From the IMG/VR virus record IMGVR_UViG_3300037755_000562, positions 1 to 39,686 of that record: DNA of 39,686 bases; one strand, given 5' to 3'. Below, piece after piece: positions 37,311 to 39,686 of the stretch (the first letter of the stretch is position 1; each line of letters starts with the position of its first letter). The notes under the pieces were generated by a model. It saw only the letters and a program-made list of their open reading frames with translations. It did no database searches and was not told the DNA's origin. Made by a program: the position numbers and the translations under genes. Origin of the DNA: a virus (taxonomy: Duplodnaviria; Caudoviricetes).

Positions 37311-37348
37311 GCACCAGGACGCCCCAGGACGCACCAGGACGCCCCAGG
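37311..37348. repeat. 10-bp imperfect tandem repeat GC(A/C)CCAGGAC, about x4
   Basis: Read directly. Confidence 0.75.
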
Positions 37349-37373
37349 CCCGGGGGAGGGCTGTCCACCCCTG

Positions 37374-37688
37374 TCACCCTCCGGAACACCCCCGGGCCGC
37401 GCTGAGCGTGTCTGACAGGACCTGCCACCCCGCAGCGTTGCGGATGGCCTCTTCGACCGCCGCCGCCGCGCCCGCCGGCGAGTACCCATAGCCGGGGAAC
37501 AGACACTTCGCACCGGAGTAATGTACGCATTCGACGTAATAACAGCCTCGGACCCGCTCGTGGGGCCATTGGCGCACCGTCCAGTGCACTCGACCGGCGG
37601 AATCTCCGAGCAGCACGACGCGAACGCAATCGAGATTGGGCAGGGTGAGCTGCCGGCCGCGGGGGGTGGTGGCGGTGGCTGTGCTCAT
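37374..37688 (-). CDS. hypothetical protein
   Basis: Co-oriented clean ORF. Confidence 0.55.
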   Translation of the reverse strand: MSTATATTPRGRQLTLPNLDCVRVVLLGDSAGRVHWTVRQWPHERVRGCYYVECVHYSGAKCLFPGYGYSPAGAAAAVEEAIRNAAGWQVLSDTLSAARGCSGG

Positions 37689-37707
37689 GGTCCGGTACCC
37701 GGTGGTG

Positions 37708-37881
37708 TCATTGTGTCAGCTCGCGGCGGCCGTCCGGGTACACGTCCACGATCTTGAGCGGGCGCAGCACGTAGTCGATCACCGCCGGGTCGTCGCGCAC
37801 CCACGCGGCGTCTTCGGCGGTGAGGGTGATCTCTCGGACGCTGCCGTCGATCTGGGGGATGCGGATTTTCATGGTGTTCAT
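37708..37881 (-). CDS. small protein sharing N-terminus with 34363..34794
   Basis: CAGGAGA RBS; KIRIPQIDGSVREITLTAED. Confidence 0.65.
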   Translation of the reverse strand: MNTMKIRIPQIDGSVREITLTAEDAAWVRDDPAVIDYVLRPLKIVDVYPDGRRELTQ

Positions 37882-37953
37882 GTCGTGTCTCCTGTGGGTG
37901 TTGATGACCCGCCCACGGGCGCGGAGCATGCTCGGCGCCCGGACGGCGGTGCG

Positions 37954-38271
37954 TCAGTCCGCGACGTGGGTGTCTCCCGTGGGTCGATACAGGCGGATGG
38001 CCGGGCCTCGATCCCGCGGAATCTCTACAAGCTCCAGCAGCCCGGCGCGCACCAGCCGCGCGACGGGCGCGTTGCGCAAGCCGTCGGTGCAGCGTCGACC
38101 GTGGACCCACGCCATGCACTGCTCGGCGAGATCTGCCTCGGTCACGCCTTCGGGCAGGGCCGCCAAGAGCTTGGCGACCGATACCGGCGCGCTCGCACGG
38201 ATGCGCTGCTGGTGACGGCACTCCGCCCGGATGTAGTCCAGGCACTCGCGCGCGATCTTGGGCAGGCTCAT
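37954..38271 (-). CDS. hypothetical protein (possible winged HTH)
   Basis: ATG 2 nt after upstream stop; VARLVRAGLLE..RGPAIRLYRPT wing-like. Confidence 0.55.
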   Translation of the reverse strand: MSLPKIARECLDYIRAECRHQQRIRASAPVSVAKLLAALPEGVTEADLAEQCMAWVHGRRCTDGLRNAPVARLVRAGLLELVEIPRDRGPAIRLYRPTGDTHVAD

Positions 38272-38273
38272 CG

Positions 38274-38828
38274 TCACTCGATCCCGTCTGCACGCAGCAC
38301 GCAGCGGACCTGCGATTCCGTGGCGTCTACGGTATCCGCCACGATCTCGACCAGCGCGTCCGTCGAGATCTCTTGGTTGGCCACCCACGCGTCGTAGGCG
38401 CAGCGGCTAATTTCGAGGCGGAGGGCGGTGGGCACGCTCTCGAGTCCGGCGGCGCCGGTCAGGTCGACGCTGCGGAGGTCGACGGTGCGGAGGTCGGCGC
38501 CGCGCAGGTCGGCGTGGGACAGGTTGGCGCCGGTGATGTCGACGGTGCGGAGGTCGGCGTCGGTCAGGTCGGCGCCGGTCAGGTCGGCGTCGGTCAGGTC
38601 GGCGCCGCGCAGGTCGGCGTAGCGCAGGTCGGCGTAGCGCAGGTCGGCGTAGCGCAGGTTGGCGCCGTGCAGGTTGGCGCCGCGGAGGTTGGCGCGGCGG
38701 AGGTCGGCGCCGCGGAGGTCGGCGCCGCGGAGGTCGGCGCCGCGAAGGTTGGCGCGGGCGCCCTGCGACGGATCCCGCAGCCACGCGGCGTGGTCAGCGA
38801 GTACGTTTTGGATTTCGGTGGGTGTCAT
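38274..38828 (-). CDS. pentapeptide repeat protein
   Basis: Roughly 20 A(D/N)Lxx units after MTPTEIQNVLADHAAWL..GARANL; GAGGTG RBS. Confidence 0.9.
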   Translation of the reverse strand: MTPTEIQNVLADHAAWLRDPSQGARANLRGADLRGADLRGADLRRANLRGANLHGANLRYADLRYADLRYADLRGADLTDADLTGADLTDADLRTVDITGANLSHADLRGADLRTVDLRSVDLTGAAGLESVPTALRLEISRCAYDAWVANQEISTDALVEIVADTVDATESQVRCVLRADGIE

Positions 38829-38912
38829 CGCGTCACCTCGACAGTCGCGGTCACGACCGCGGTCAGTGAGTGGGGTGGTGGGTGTCATGGTCTTGTCCAC
38901 GTCTCTTATCCT

Positions 38913-38928
38913 TGCAGGTAGCGTGCCA
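38913..38928 (-). promoter_or_regulatory. sigma54-type -24/-12 promoter
   Basis: TGGCACGCTACCTGCA, one mismatch to TGGCACG-N4-TTGCW. Confidence 0.7.
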
Positions 38929-39208
38929 GTCCCAAATGAGGCTGGCCAGGTGCCCGGGGATCCGATCCTAGCGCACCTTGCGGCCGGAAACGACGTTGGA
39001 GACCATACCAGCGAGACAGACAACGGCAAAAAGCGTGGTGAACATCGGAGTGAGTGCCTTTCGGGGAGGGTCTGCCTCCCCGCCTAGCTCGAAGCAAGGC
39101 GCTTGCCAACGAATCCCGATAGCGGCGCCAATCGGGAAAGATAAGCAATCCCGCTTGTTTGCCAGAAAAGGCCGATTCCTGGGCGGATTCCGCGCGTCAC
39201 GCAAGCTA

Positions 39209-39400
39209 TGACATTGGGATCATGGTCCGCCACACGCGACTCCGGCCAATTGGCGAATTCTCGAGGTTTATCGGGATGTTAGCGCAACGGCCAGCCTATG
39301 ATCCAAATGTCGCGGTTTATGGGCGCGATATTGCGCCGTACCGTAAAGCCTAGTGATTAGATGCCTATAGTCGACCCCCTAGGTATGACATGGCTGTCAT
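39209..39400. promoter_or_regulatory. TGACA-N4-TGTCA palindrome and two variants
   Basis: Perfect at 39386-39399; variants at 39209-39222 and 39299-39312. Confidence 0.5.
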
Positions 39401-39593
39401 GGAGCGCGCACGCGCACGCGCACGTAGCAATAGGAGGGCCGCGGTGCGATCCTTATAGAGCCCTAATGATGGTAGCTTGTGGCAAGCTACAGGGCGGGCC
39501 CCAGCGAGCCCGGACATGCGCCCCTTACCAGACCACCCCCGATGCGAAACACTGGCAGGGTGGCGCACCGGGGCCCCGGGCGGTGCTGTGCAT

Positions 39594-39686
39594 GTGGGTA
39601 CTGTCGAGGGGCGATCCTGGGTACTCGGGGGGCGATCCTGGGTACTGTCGGGGGGTTCTCGGGGTACTGTCGGGGTACGGTCGGGG
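39594..39686 (+). repeat. imperfect G-rich repeats (GGGTACT / GTCGGGG / GGCGATCCT)
   Basis: Read directly; runs to the window edge. Confidence 0.7.

Noticed and set aside
38373-38921. Repetitive VGAAE/VGVAQ (+) and RRP (-) ORFs
   Set aside because: Antisense and shifted frames of the pentapeptide-repeat gene.

Overview
This window looks like part of a GC-rich tailed (Caudoviricetes-like) phage genome; the host is unknown. (1) 0.7-12.7 kb, + strand: replication/recombination module with a UDG-like::PolA fusion, UvsY-like mediator, gp32-like SSB, bacterial-type RecA, SbcD/SbcC, RuvC-like resolvase and small ORFs. (2) 12.8-18.8 kb: tail/adhesin-like cassette interrupted by a SPOUT-like ORF. (3) 18.9-21.9 kb: amidase endolysin, Dam-like methyltransferase and XRE regulator. 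(4) 21.9-28.8 kb: scaffold, major capsid, two proteases and neck-like genes, ending at a 19-bp hairpin. (5) 28.8-39.7 kb, - strand: early/accessory region with an AAA+ ATPase, paralogous ORFs, ArdA and a pentapeptide-repeat protein. The most unusual content is non-coding and lies in region 5: six mosaic copies of a 28-bp sigma70-like promoter placed for leaderless translation, a duplicated module (10-bp AT-rich array + long palindrome + direct repeats + promoter), recurring bulged hairpins, and two sigma54-type promoters with upstream TGACA-N4-TGTCA palindromes. No terminase, portal, tape measure, integrase, tRNA or CRISPR was recognised. All calls come from reading motifs by eye; no database searches were run.
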